The translations under genes and the position numbers were made by a program. This document shows, piece by piece, positions 1 through 13,661 of a stretch of DNA of 64,000 nt. Origin of the DNA: the human T2T-CHM13v2.0 reference genome, Homo sapiens; NCBI RefSeq assembly GCF_009914755.1, contig NC_060936.1; one strand, 5' to 3'. Position 1 is the first letter of the stretch, and each line of letters opens with the position of its first letter. Under the pieces are notes generated by a model that saw nothing but the letters and a program-made list of their open reading frames with translations, did not search any database and had not been told where the DNA came from.

Positions 1-520
1 TGAGACAAGAACAAGAAAGTTAATGTGGCTGGAGCAGAGGAAGCTTTGGGGGTAATTGTAGGTGATGACCTTGGAGGCTGTGGCTAGAACTTTGGATTTT
101 ATTCCGAGACACGGAAATCCATTGCAAAGTTCTGAACATCATAGTGTCACAATACAATTCACATTGTTAAAAAACTTACCCTTGCATCTGTGAAGAAAAT
201 AGATGGCAACAGGACAAGAATGGGAGCAGGTAGACCCTCCCAGTCCAGGCAAATATTACCAGTGGCTAAGAGTAAGGTAGTATCAGTGAAGAAGTGATCC
301 TATTATTGATAGATCTTAAAGCAGAGTAGACAAGACTTGCTGATTAATTAAATGTTACGCGTGAGAGAAATATAAAAGTTAAGGATGAAACCAAAGTTTT
401 TAACCTAAACAACTTGGAGGATGGAGGGGGAAACAAAGGAACTAGTTGCAAGGTGAGAAGTTAAGGGTTATTTTGGATTTATTGATTTTGAGATGCCTAA
501 ATGACAAGTGGAGATGCCAC
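1..520 (-). mobile_element. L2 LINE relic
   Basis: Antisense L2-like motifs (aactttggattttattc, gttaaggatgaaaccaaagtttttaacct, ttgagatgcct...gtggagatg). Boundaries approximate. Confidence 0.7.
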
Positions 521-936
521 ATGTATTTCTTTGCTAAATAAATAAATTGGTGGAGAAATTGCATATTCAGGTTTATCCTCCTCAATATAGTGTATCTATC
601 TCAAGGGCCACACGAGTGACCTATTTTAAGGCTCATTTCCAACATTGACAATGCAGTAGTCCTCCCCTCACAGCTAGAGTAAAAGCTGTTGATTCTCTCC
701 TTTTACGGTGCCTGCAGGATTTTTTCTTTCACATGTACACCCTTCCTTTTCCACATTACATCCTCCCTCTTTCCTCTATATTCTTGGGGCATAGGTCCCT
801 CTTATTTTGTGTGTGTTGCAGGGGAGGTAAAGGGAAGACAAGCAAACCCTTCATTTGGCCATTCTGCTCTTTCTCCTTCATTTCCCTGACTAAACTTTGT
901 CGCTTCTCCCTCCAATCACGGATAGAGCTTTCACTT

Positions 937-1244
937 TTTTTTTTTTTTTTTTTTTTAATATTGAGACGGAGTCTCACTCTGTTGCCCAGGCTGGAGTGCA
1001 GTGGTGCTAACTCAGCTCACGGCAACCTCCACCTCCTAGGTTCAAGCAATTCTCCCACCTCAGCCTCCCGAGTAGCTGAGATTACAGGCACATGCCACCA
1101 TGCCTGGCTAATTTTTTTTATTTTTAGTGAAAACAGGGTTTCTCTATGTGGCCAGGCTGGTCTTGAACTCCTGACTTCAAGTGATCTGCCCCCCTCGGCC
1201 TCCCAAAGTGCTGGGATTATAGGCATGAGCCACCACGCCCAGCC
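937..1244 (-). mobile_element. Alu, full length (AluS type)
   Basis: Poly-T tail followed by antisense Alu dimer. TSD gagctttcactt at 925-936 and 1246-1257. Confidence 0.97.
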
Positions 1245-1547
1245 TGAGCTTTCACTTCTTAACCCTGACTTCCATCTTCAAACCCATCACCAAACCAGTC
1301 CTTTGAAGGCCAAGGCTTTGGGCTGTTCTCCAGTCTCCTTCACACTCGGTGGGCCTCTGCACCCTTCCCTGTGTTGACTTCTCATTGTAGGCCTCCCCTG
1401 GGATTCATCCTTGGTCACCTGCTGTCCTATCTGCGTGCTTCCTCCCTCAGAAAGCTCATCCATCCCCATAACTGCAGTGAACACCTCTGCACTGATGACT
1501 CTCAACCGTAATGTTCAGTCTTGACTTCCTGTCAGAGCTTGGACTTC

Positions 1548-1797
1548 CTGAGAGGTAGTTAAGCAAAGTGATGGTCTAGAATAAGCACTGAATTCAGATG
1601 GCTTGGGTTTAAATCCCAATTTAACTGTATAAACTTGGGGTCATCTTTAACTTCTCATTCTTCATAAAATGGGGATAATAAGAGTATCTGTCTCAAACAG
1701 ATTCCTTGAGGATAAAATAAAGGATAAAATACATTTACATGTGTAAAACACCCAGTGTCTGGCACATAGTAAATAATAAAGGTTAGTTATCATTATT
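1548..1797 (+). mobile_element. MIR SINE interrupting an L2 relic (about 1380-1990)
   Basis: gggtttaaatccca, aaaatggggataataa core and cagtgtctggcacatagtaa 3' end. Confidence 0.75.
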
Positions 1798-2005
1798 GGA
1801 CATCACACTTTCACTACCAACTCAATTTATACAACACCACACTCCTCATTTGTTTCTCTCTCCCTTTAATCAATTGTCCTCCTGTTTTTTCATGTTGTCT
1901 CTATTTCTCAGATCCACATCATTGAACATTTGTAATAATCTCTGACTTGCCTTTTACTTCAATTTCTTTATTCAGTCAGTTAACAGACAGATCTTGCTAA
2001 TTTTC

Positions 2006-2271
2006 CTTTTTTGTTGTTGTTGTTGTTGTTTTGAGATGGAGTCTCACCCTGTCACCCAGGCTGGTGCAATGGCACGATTCTCCTGCCTCAGCCTCCCGAG
2101 TAGCTTGGATTACAGGTGTGCACCACGACGCCCAGCTAATTTTTTGTGTCTTTAGTAGAGACAGGGTTTCACCACATTGGCCTGGCTGGTCTCGAACTCC
2201 TGACCTCATGATCCAACCACCGCAGCCTCCCAAAGTGCTGGGATTACAGGCATGAGCCACCGTTCCTGGCC
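2006..2271 (-). mobile_element. AluS (Sg/Sc-like) with about 40-bp internal deletion and (GTT)n tail
   Basis: Antisense Alu. TSD ag(a/g)tcttgctaattttc at 1989-2005 and 2272-2288. Confidence 0.95.
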
Positions 2272-3029
2272 AGGTCTTGCTAATTTTCTTACTAATTTTT
2301 TCTTTGATGTGTCACTTAAATCTTTTGCTTTCCTCTTTCGCCCTCTGCTATGCCTCAGTACAGCCCCAGCTCCCCACACCAAGGCAGCCAGGGCTACAGC
2401 CTCTTTGTGAGTCTCCGTGGACTCAGCTCTTCAGCCCCAATAATGGAAATCTTCTTTAGATCCCAAACAATGTTCTTCTCTTCACTCAGAAATGTTCAGT
2501 ATTCCCAGTTTCCATTCCCATCAAGTGCAGAATCCTTCAGCTAGAGAGCACTTTCTAGAACTTCCGCAATATGGCTCCACTCTGTACAACCTTATTTCCT
2601 TCCACTTTGCCTGCCCTGTCTCCCTACTGCACCAAGACCACGTCACATTGTTTCTGGTCTCTGCTTCTTGCATTTTGTTCTCGCCTAAATTTCCCTCCTC
2701 ACTCTTCTCTACCAATCTCAATCTACTTGTTATTTAGCCCGGCTCAATCTCAGCTTCCTCCCTGAGATGCACATTCTTCCTATTACTTGACCTCATTCTT
2801 CCTATTACTGTAGCACCTGAAACCAACATTTGACCCCGATGACACATTGTGGCATATTATTCCATGTAGTTTCAAAATGTAAGTCATTTTTTGTGTGTAT
2901 TAGATTATAAAATCCGTTTTCTAAAGTTCAGTGTCCCTGCCCCACCCTTCCCTACTGCACACCTGGAAAAGCCATGAATCCATAGAAAAGACTCATAAAT
3001 TGATAAAATATAAAAATACTACTAATAAT

Positions 3030-3180
3030 ACACACTATACTATATGCCAAGGAGCTTTACATATATTCATTTGTTTAATCCTTACAATAATTCTATATTA
3101 GAAATAGTAGAAATATTATTATCCTCATTTTACAACTGAGAAAACTGAGGCACAGAGAGGCTAAGTAACTTGCCCATGAT
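3030..3180 (-). mobile_element. MIR
   Basis: attttacaactgagaaaactgaggcacagagaggctaagtaacttgccc is the MIR core, antisense. Confidence 0.85.
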
Positions 3181-3372
3181 TGATCACTGACTCAGAGTAA
3201 TCTTCACATATGGAGATATGTGAAGGAATGCAAAAATACAATCTAAGAAGATTATACTGTAAAAAATACACTGAAGACCCAAGGAAGAGAAATCCAAAAC
3301 CTCACCCTCACTTCAGTAATACAAAATTTCTGTACTTCTGAGTTGTGAAGGGAAGGAATAAGTAGGAGTCAC

Positions 3373-3669
3373 TTTTTTTTTGAAATCTTTTTGAGATAGT
3401 CTCACTGTGCTGCCCAGGCTGGAGTGCAGTGGCACGATCTCAGCTCACTGCAGCCTCTGCCTCCTGGGTCCATGATTCTCATGCCTCAGATGCCCAAGTA
3501 GCTGGGATTACAGGTGCCCACCACCATGCCCAGCTAATTTTGTGTTTTTAGTAGAGATGGAGTTTCACTATATTGGCCAAACTGGTCTTGAACTCCTGGC
3601 CTCAAGCCATCTGCCCACCTCAACCTCCCCAAGTGCTGGGATTACAGGGGTGAGCCACCACGCCCAGCC
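3373..3669 (-). mobile_element. Alu (AluJb/Sz-like)
   Basis: Antisense Alu dimer. TSD aggagtcac at 3364-3372 and 3670-3678. Confidence 0.95.
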
Positions 3670-6569
3670 AGGAGTCACGTTTTTTTAAGATGCAGTTTGT
3701 CATTTTTTATTTATCTGATTCTAAATGAATCACAGAAGAAACCTAAAAAGAGCTGGTCCCCCTGTCCCCATTTTTAGGTGAGGTCAATAGGACTGCTTTG
3801 AGAGCTCACTCGGGCCCAACCATCAGTCTGTTATGAAATAAGTATCCCTGTAAATTGGCAACTACCCAACTAACTGCCCTATCCCGAAAAGGGACAAGTG
3901 CTATGTGCTGTGCTCTGAAAGCCGCACTTTCTTTGCCTTGTTACAAAGGAACAGTTCTGGCTGTTCACAAATAATGTAGAGCTATATTAGCTTGCATCTG
4001 TTTGAAATCAGCCAATTATCCCCCAAAACAGCAGCTAGCCTTCACCTACCTGAGCTCCAGGTCCTGTCCATCCTCAGAAGGGAGTGCGAAGGGGCTGGAT
4101 GATCCCTTGATGTCTGGCTGAGCGGCCAACACCCTAATGCTCAAGGCGACAGCCCCAAATGCTGGGCTCTTGCCCCAACACTCATCACCTCCCTTGTGTG
4201 AAGGAAAGACTACAGCCCATCTCCAGACTGAGGTGGCAAGTCGTAGAATTGGACTAATCAGTCATTTTCCTCTGACCTAATTAGGAAGTTGTACCTCTTG
4301 GCTTTTAGTTTGAGAAGAGAAAACCAGTGGCCTGTTACCTCAGAAAACTCTTCCCGGTGAGAGGCCAGCTCTTCTGCTCTGATTGCCACATGGAGATTTT
4401 GCAAATCTGACTAAAAATTTATTAAAATGGTTATGCTTGCCTACAGTAGTAGGCATCTTTAAAATGAAAAGGAATTAAGAAACCTTGTTATATAATGAAT
4501 GTTTTATACCACCTCACTGGTATTCAAACATATTTTTTTCCTAAGCTCAGATGATTTCCATATGGGTGAAAGACTTCAGATTTTAATTGTATCAAAGATA
4601 ATTAACAGGACTCTGAAAAGGTAGTTACCTACATGTCATTCTACATCCAGCAAAATATTTGCGTGAGAGGATGTTTCAGCTGTCGCACACAACCCTGACT
4701 GACATTTAAGTGGATTATTAGCTGTCTTGCCCCAGCATCTATTCTGCTTTAGTGGCTTCTATCCTCCAACCCCGCTGAAAGTGACTCAAGGCACTACAGA
4801 TTCCAAATGCAGCCTGCCAGATTAAGCAGAGAAACTGCAGGAAGCATCCCTACATTGTGAGAGGAAAGTCAGTGCAGTTCCCCTGAGATAGGTGTGCGTT
4901 AATGTAACCATGGTTTTTAATCTCCTTGGATGCTCTCTCTGTACCTATGCATACCATGTACAGCATGCTCAAAAGAAACATGATAATGGCTAACAGCTGG
5001 ATTCTTTCTAGCAGTTTCTTATCAAGTGCCTCATAGTTTGCAGCTTCCCAGAATAAAGAGTGTCTCTGAGGCTTAAGCCCAGAAGCTTAATTTATAAACT
5101 GAGTGTAATGAACCTTGTCAGAATTGTATTACCACTTGGCTTGTACCATAATATATGTGTGGAGTGGCTATTGTATACAAAGATGACTTATTTCAGCACA
5201 CTGGAACTTTCCATTTGTTAACTGTCTCTCAGCCCTGGAATAGTCATTTTGCTTTTGTTTTTATTTCAATAGCTGCCATTTAGCAAGCTGCCATGAAGAT
5301 AGCCATCTCCATCTGATTCATTTGGGGCTACAATTCATGTATTAAGGTTAAATCCATATCTTTTATCCACCTTGGGTGAAGAACATGAAAGATCCTATAC
5401 AACTGGTCTAACACCTGTGTGTTCTCTCTCCTAAAAGTTAATACCCAATTCAGCTTGGTGCAGGTTTTAAAATTTAAATAAAAAAATAAAGTTAATATTC
5501 AAGTTAAACCTTGGTCTATGTCTAATCATTACAATCCTTCTGGAATCCACAAATGCCAAAGCATTTGCCCCAAAAAGCAGCCTGGAACCAAGGTGTAATG
5601 AAGCATTTCACCGGTCCCACTGGACAGGGCTGTGAATCATCTTCCTTTCTTACCCAGTTGGCACAGATACATAGCAACTGAACAGCATTTTGTCTCCGGA
5701 ACAGTATAATTTCCTTAAATTACCATTAGGTACTAGTGTTGTTTTCACTAGCAGCTTGTACAGGGCCAGACATATCTCAGGGAGACCAAACAAATCTTCA
5801 GAAGCAACCCGCATGTGGAGAAACCATGTTGCAGAGTTTGAAACCTCTTAAGATGGAGTAAGCAAAATCATCCTCCTAGCTCAGCTGCCTGGGAAACTTG
5901 AGCCCCTGGCACCTGAACATCACCACGGCTCCAAGCAATGACACCATCTTTTGTTCTCTGGTTTATTTTTCTGCCTAACTCCTTCTGTCACCTGCCTCTT
6001 CCCTAGGGACTGAGCTAATAGAAGATTGGTACCTCTCTCAGCAAGTCCATCTGGTTCATTGAAATTTATCTCACAAAGAGTAGCAATTTGAAAGATGGGA
6101 AGAGTGGCACAAAGTGGTTTAGTTTCTATAAGTGCCCCCACCCCCCGCCAACTTTGTGGGGGAAAAAAAAAGCAACAGCTTCCCTTTCACTGCAGCAGCA
6201 ACCTGTAAGGTAATGGATCGTTTCAGGGCATTCAGATCTGGCCTACATTGGCGCTGATATTTATCCGGCTTATTCTGGTATTTTCTTCAGGTTAAACTTG
6301 TACTACTTCAGTGTCGCACTGACAGTGACTTTCTTTCTTAATGTTCACAACCTGGAGGGAGTGAACAAGGCATATACAAAAGGTAACAACACATTCACAA
6401 TATAAACAAAGAGCAAAGAAATCTTTATATTTCCCTGTAGATTCCTGCTATTTTAAGAAGCAGTGGTGGTTGTGCCACTTATTCATTTTTTAGCTATGAG
6501 TCGGATTTGCAGCATTCTCCTCCCTAGTCTGTGGCTAGAATAGCGTTTTCCAAACTATGGGCCCTACTG

Positions 6570-7135
<566 letters not shown>

Positions 7136-7483
7136 TCAATTCTACAGAACAGTAGTTCCAAGAGATGTTTCTAGGGAAACAAGAGCCTGTGGTCAAATAA
7201 GATTGAAAACGCTTCACACTAACATATGTCATCAAATCTACAAAGTTATTGATTACATACCACTAGGAAAGAAAAAGCAATGCCAATTAAATTAGGACAC
7301 AATGCTTTCCCCAGGGATTTGGCGATTTTCCTGGTTTCAGTTGTGTTGCTCCCTTGGTGAGTGGTAGCCACTCCTTGTGCGCCTACCTCGGTAACAAATA
7401 TAGCCCTAGCTACTGGGTATCTTCCTTTCTTAAGTTCTATCAAGCATTTGGTTATTGCTTTGCAAGAAGATAAGGAACTGTAG

Positions 7484-8521
7484 TGCTGTGGGCTAGATGT
7501 TTGTCCTCCTAAAATTCATACATTGAAATCCTAACCCCCAAGGTGATGGTAACAGGAGGTGGGGCCTTTGGGAAGTGATTAGGTCCTGAGGACAGAGCCT
7601 TTATGAGTGGGATTAGTGCACATTAAAAAATGCCTGAGACAGGAATATTCAGCCCCTATTCAGCCTGAAGAAGTTACAGAGGGTGACTCTTCATCCCTCT
7701 GTAACCGTTAGGATTAAGGGTCCCCTTGTAAAAAGGGAGGGGAAAACATGTCAGAGGCATTTGAACCAGAGCAACTCCATCTTGAATAGGAGCTGGGTAA
7801 AATAAGGATGAGACCGACTTGGCTCCATTCCCAGGAGATTAGACATTCTTAGTCACAGGATGAGATAGGAGTTTGGCACAAGATACAGGTCACAAAGACC
7901 CTGCTGATTAAACAGGTTGAGGAAAAGAAGCTGGCCAAAACCCACTGAAACCAAGATGGGGATGGAAGTGACCTCTAGTCATCCTCACTGCTCATTATAT
8001 GCTAATTATAATGCATTAGCAAGCTGAAAGACACTCCGCCAGTGCCATGACAGTTTACAAATGCCATGGCAATGTCAGGAAGTTAACCTGTATGGCCTAA
8101 AAAGGGGAGGAACAGGAACCCTCAGTTCAGGGAATTGCCTACCCTTTTCCTAGGAAACTCGTGATAACCCACCCTTTGTTTAGCATATAATCGAGAAATA
8201 ACTATAAGCAGCCCATGTGGCTACTCTGCCTATAGAATAGCCATTCTTTTGTTTCTTTACTTTCCTAATAAACTTGTTTTCACTTTAACAACAACAGCAA
8301 AAAGGCCTGAGAGAATCTCATTGACGCTTCCACCATGAGAAGACATGGTGAGAAAGCACCATCCATGAACCAGAAAGTGTATCCCCTTACCAGACTCTGA
8401 ATCTGCCAGCGCCTTCACCCTGGATGTTCTAGCCTCCAGAACTTCGAGAAATAAATTTCTGTTGCTTGTAAGCTACTCGGTTTGTGGCATTTTGCTATAG
8501 CAGCTCAAATAGACTAAGACA
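7484..8521 (+). mobile_element. MLT1A/MLT1A0 MaLR solo LTR split by MER41 retrocopy
   Basis: TG...CA termini (tgctgtgggctagatgtttgtcc ... gactaagaca). Perfect 5-bp TSD tgtag at 7479-7483 and 8522-8526. Confidence 0.9.
7642..8298 (+). mobile_element. MER41B ERV1 sequence: about 105 bp of internal 3' end + PPT + U3-R, no U5, A-rich tail (processed retrocopy)
   Basis: PPT aaaagggaggggaaaa at 7731-7746. LTR start tgtcagaggc at 7749. MER41B-type segments (gctcattatatgctaattataatgcattagc and the GAS region). AATAAA at 8267-8272, homology stops at about 8287. Confidence 0.85.
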
Positions 8522-9261
8522 TGTAGTTAACCTACAATGATGAGCTTCTGCTGCTCTAAGATCTTGTATATACCCGACTGCTCTGTTTCCATACCTTTTG
8601 ACATATACAGTAACTTTTCATGTCAATACCAATTCATGGTGTGATCTTTATGAAGATACTTTAAAGAGCAATGAAACATCATTCTATGCTGTGCTAGGAA
8701 TATACCTAACTCAGCTGATGTGACAACAAAAATAGCTATGGCCAACATCGCATGTACCCAGGCAATGACAACCATGGCAAAACTGCTGCCTGACCAACAA
8801 CTGCTATAAGATACCACTGACTGTAAGAAGCATCCTACCTCAGAGATAATAAAGTACAGAGGGAAGTGCTACTTAGAATTGATGAAATATTTATTCCCCC
8901 TTTAAGAGATCACCAATGCATATTAACATATTAAAGGTGCAAGGAAGCCCTGCAGTAAAGAAACCCTCTTCCCTGCTTTAAGCCAATATTGAACCAGACA
9001 GCCCTCTTTACAAGTTATACCTATCAACATGTTGGCAAATTCATATCAACATATTCTACTGAAATAGAATCTAACAAATCTGAGCATAATCAAGTAATCA
9101 CAGGGAATTTTTTCAACCGCTTTATAGTCAAGCAGCTATATAGTCAACCAGGAAGACTGACCCAATTGTGGAATCAAAGACAGAAAAGTAGCCCCCACAG
9201 AAATCCTAGAGACTAATGATGATAAGTCAATATCTCCATATTCTTAAAGAAGACACTTGCC

Positions 9262-9786
<525 letters not shown>

Positions 9787-11321
9787 TTAGAACCAGTCAA
9801 ATTCCAGTTTAATAAACACTATGGAGCCCTTGATATACATTAAGTCCTGAGCTCAGCACCAGAGCTACGAAATGCTTATAGGACCTCTGTTTCATCATCT
9901 GCAAAAACGCAATAATAATAATAACACAATAATAATAGTATTACTGTATGTATGCAGTGAAGTACTGTATGTACAGCATTTAATATAGTGCCCTGGCTTG
10001 GAGGGTTGCAAGTGTCATTCCAGTGAGGAAGATGGAAGGGAAATGTAGGAAATGCCGAAGAAGCACGAGCCACTGGGAGCCATGGGGGCCACTGTCATTC
10101 CCCTGTCCCTTATTCTATAAGAGCGATTGCTATAGAGGCTGCTGAGCAAATGGCTTACTGTCTTCTGGTTTAGTTTTAACTTTAGGTTCAACTCATTCAA
10201 GTTCTTTTGTGCCCGCAAAATCACAAGAATGAAGTGAGGCTTTAGCTGGGCTGGCATCAGTCATCTGTCACCTGCATAGGCTGGGGTTCAGCAGTGCACA
10301 GCAATGACTTATTTCATCTTCAGGTTTGTATTTGGTGTGAGAACCTGCAGGGAGAGGGAGATCATTTGGCAAGGGCAGGGAGGGGCATATAAGCATCGGG
10401 AGGTGAGCCAGAGTCAGAAGTCAGCTCAGAGGCCTTCACATCCAGCCCAGATCAGGAGCTAAGTAAAGGTGGCACCTTCAGTACTGGGTCCTCTGAACTG
10501 GGGGCCATCCAGGACTTCATGAGACATCCAGGCCCACTTTAACTGGGCCCTTAACTGGAGTTAGAGCCACACTAGGTACACAGATTCTAAAGACAGGGAT
10601 ACTTGTACCCAGGGTACCCACTTCACAGCCACACTCCCAGTTCTTTCTCCCTATCCAAGAGGCTTAACTAGTCACTCCTACAGTACTGCAGTGCTTCTCA
10701 CACTCACAGCCACTCGGCGGGAATATGTCAGGAGCTTAAACACTCAGCCTCCTGCTAGGAAAGAGAAACTAATGTCAGAGAAAATGTTTAAAAGGAGAGC
10801 ATTTGAAGGATGGGGAAACCATTAAATTAGAGCATGCTTTTTTTCCCATTTTTCATTTTAAGTGACTCAAAAGTAGGGGAGGAAAAGGGAGAGACAATTC
10901 AACACTGCAGAAATGACCACTGACAGCTATAAACAAATGTCTGAATGTTCTCTTCTAGGCAAGATAGTACTACTTTCTGTTACACAGCGTGAGATCTCAT
11001 TATGTTCTTTTGATAACTGAACACTACACTACTTGGTAACATGGAAAACTTATTAAAAATATTCATTAGAGAATTAATATGCTTCATTTCTTCCGATTAA
11101 GTGTTGTAATAAAGATATCTTGTCTTTATGTGCCAAATATCTCTCAAAAGAATGAAGAATATCAGAGTTTTAAAAATCTGATTGAATTCATTTACAAACT
11201 GTTAACTACTAGAAACAACCTGGCATAATATCCACCTGATTCCTCATAGATGGGTAACTAGTGTTATTGATTTGATTTCACTCATCCTCAGGGATTAGAG
11301 CAATCTACTTATGGTGACTTC

Positions 11322-11653
11322 TTGCTTGCTTGCTTTTCTTTTTCTTTCTTTCTTTCTTTTTTTTTTTTTTTTTGACAGTCTTCCTCTGTTACCCAGGCTG
11401 GAGTGCAGTGACAATCATAGCTCACTGTATCCTCAAAATCATGAGCTCAAGTGACCCTCCTGCTTGAGCCTCTCAAGTAGCTAGGACTACAGGCATGCAC
11501 TACCTTGCCCAGCTGATTTAAAAAAAAAAAAATTTGTGAGACAGGGTGTTGCTATGTTGCCCAGGCTGGTCTTGAGCTCCTGGCCTCAAGTGGTCCTCCT
11601 GCCTAGGCCTCCCAAAGTGTTGGGATTATAGGTGGGAGCCACTGTGTCCAGCC
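11322..11653 (-). mobile_element. AluJ
   Basis: Diverged antisense Alu with J diagnostics (atcatagctcactg, ctcaagtg) and a (CTTT)n/T tail. Confidence 0.92.
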
Positions 11654-12829
11654 AACTTCTTAATAACTGAAGCAAAACACTACATAGATGTTGAAACTTC
11701 AGTAATAAAGTTGATAACATCAAGTTGCCTTGGCTTCTCCATGTAGACATTAATAGGGATAAAGAACAACTTGTTGAATCAACAAAGATTATCCCAAACA
11801 CAGGAGGAAAGGAAGAGCAAGGTAAAAGAGAACAAATGAATGGAAAGCTATGTGTCCAGAATCACAGGAATGAATACAGGATAATAAAAGAGAAGAAAGA
11901 TGTAGGTGAAGGGACAGGGACATATTCAAGGAAAAGCTTAGTAGTAAAGGCATTTACAAACCAGTGAGGGAACTTAAAGATGACCAGAAAAGGGAGCTAA
12001 GCATTTTTGTGGCAGCATCTGGAACTGCCTGGAGGATGGAGAAAGGCCCCAGAGAAAAAAGTGACATATATCATGGGTTTCCATGGTGATGATGACAGTG
12101 TCACTATCAGAGCATTATGACTTCAGAATAGAAATGAGGATATAATAATAGCATACACTAACATCTCCCTTTTAAATCCCTCCCAAAGCTCTTAGTATTT
12201 ACTCATTAATTTTCACAACACCTATGAATTAGGGAGTATTACCTATTTTAGAGATCAAAAAATCAGAAACAATTGAAATGGCCACAATGCCTGAAAAAGT
12301 ATATTGCTGCTAATCTCTCACCCTGCACTATAAACTTGTGGGATAATTGACATAAAGACTATTTCACTGGTGCTTATGCTAAGTAATATGATGAGTTTTT
12401 TGAGCTAACCATTTTTGGGAAATGTACGTTGGACCACTGGAGAAAAAACTTTCTAACAAGTGTTCTTAGATTTCTTCTTAATTATAAAACATGAGAAAAC
12501 AGAAATTTCAGCCTTTTCAACAGCTGAGCATTGTTTTCCAAATGTTTTGCATCAAAGATTACCTGTCTGTCTTCCCCATGGGTTGCTTTTATTGCAACTG
12601 GCATTCTTTCAGGCTTTTTAATTTTTTTTCTGGGCTTTGTTTCACTTTACTCTTCTTCCCCCTCTCTTCCCCCTACTTCATTCATCTGTTCCATTAACCC
12701 CCCTTCAAACACACCCTCAAAACCAGGGATGGGGCCTATGACTATATCACTATAAAATTCTTATTACTACTCATTCTTAGAATGATTAGGACACTCATTA
12801 ACCTGGAGAGGAAATTCATATTACAGTTG

Positions 12830-13020
12830 AAGAAGTTTTGGAATCGGACAAGCTGGGTTCTAATCCTGCCTCTGACACCTGCCAGCAAAGTGACCTTAGA
12901 CCAACTACTTCTCTGATCTTAGTTTTCTCCATCTGTAAAGTAAAATTATATTTGTATGTATTTCCCAGGGTTGCTGTGAGGATAAAATTGGATAATGTAT
13001 ATAGAGCATTTAGCAAGAGT
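12830..13020 (+). mobile_element. MIR
   Basis: ctgggttctaatcctgcctctg...agttttctccatctgtaaa...gttgctgtgaggataaaattggataatgtat. Confidence 0.8.
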
Positions 13021-13372
13021 TATTCCTGAGGCTATGAAAACGCAGGCTTCCCTATCTAGGTAGCTCTCCTTCCACTTTCTCATACCCTATTTTGCAATCC
13101 CCAACTTGACTCTAAAGCCTTTTAACACTAATCTCCTTTCAAGGGTCTCTCTCTGTTCCCATCTTGAAGACAAAGAGCAAGAATGATCAGAAAAGCTATG
13201 TTCACATTCAGTATCTATTGGGACCTCAGGAAGTGGCTGAGGGACTATAAATCCAGAGAACAAAATTTTACTGTGTTTCCTCCTTCCAAACCATGTGATC
13301 TTGGGTAAGCTGCTTCTCAGATCCTCAAGTTTCTTCTGTAAAATGGCATCACAATGCCTACCTCATAGAAAA

Positions 13373-13661
<289 letters not shown>

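Larger units (their letters stand above)
7222..8891. mobile_element. Tc2-type DNA transposon relic (Kanga2/MER104-like) split by MLT1A
   Basis: Degenerate terminal inverted repeats acatatgtcatcaaatcta and tagaattgatgaaatat, with a flanking TA. The right end resembles Kanga2/MER104 (gactgtaagaagcatcctacctcagagat...cttagaattgatgaaata). Confidence 0.55.

Noticed and set aside
733-1377. Longest ORF (214 aa) and similar ORFs at 6647-6970, 9322-9771, 28816-29202, 39467-39781, 50373-50798 and 56856-57380
   Set aside because: They read through antisense Alus (FFFF...[25 protein letters not shown] peptides). These are classic Alu translation artefacts, not genes.
2772-2809. 16-bp direct repeat cattcttcctattact with a 6-nt spacer; similar small duplications at about 16380-16425 and about 61409-61440
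   Set aside because: Two-copy slippage duplications. Not CRISPR-like or array-like, with no functional hint.
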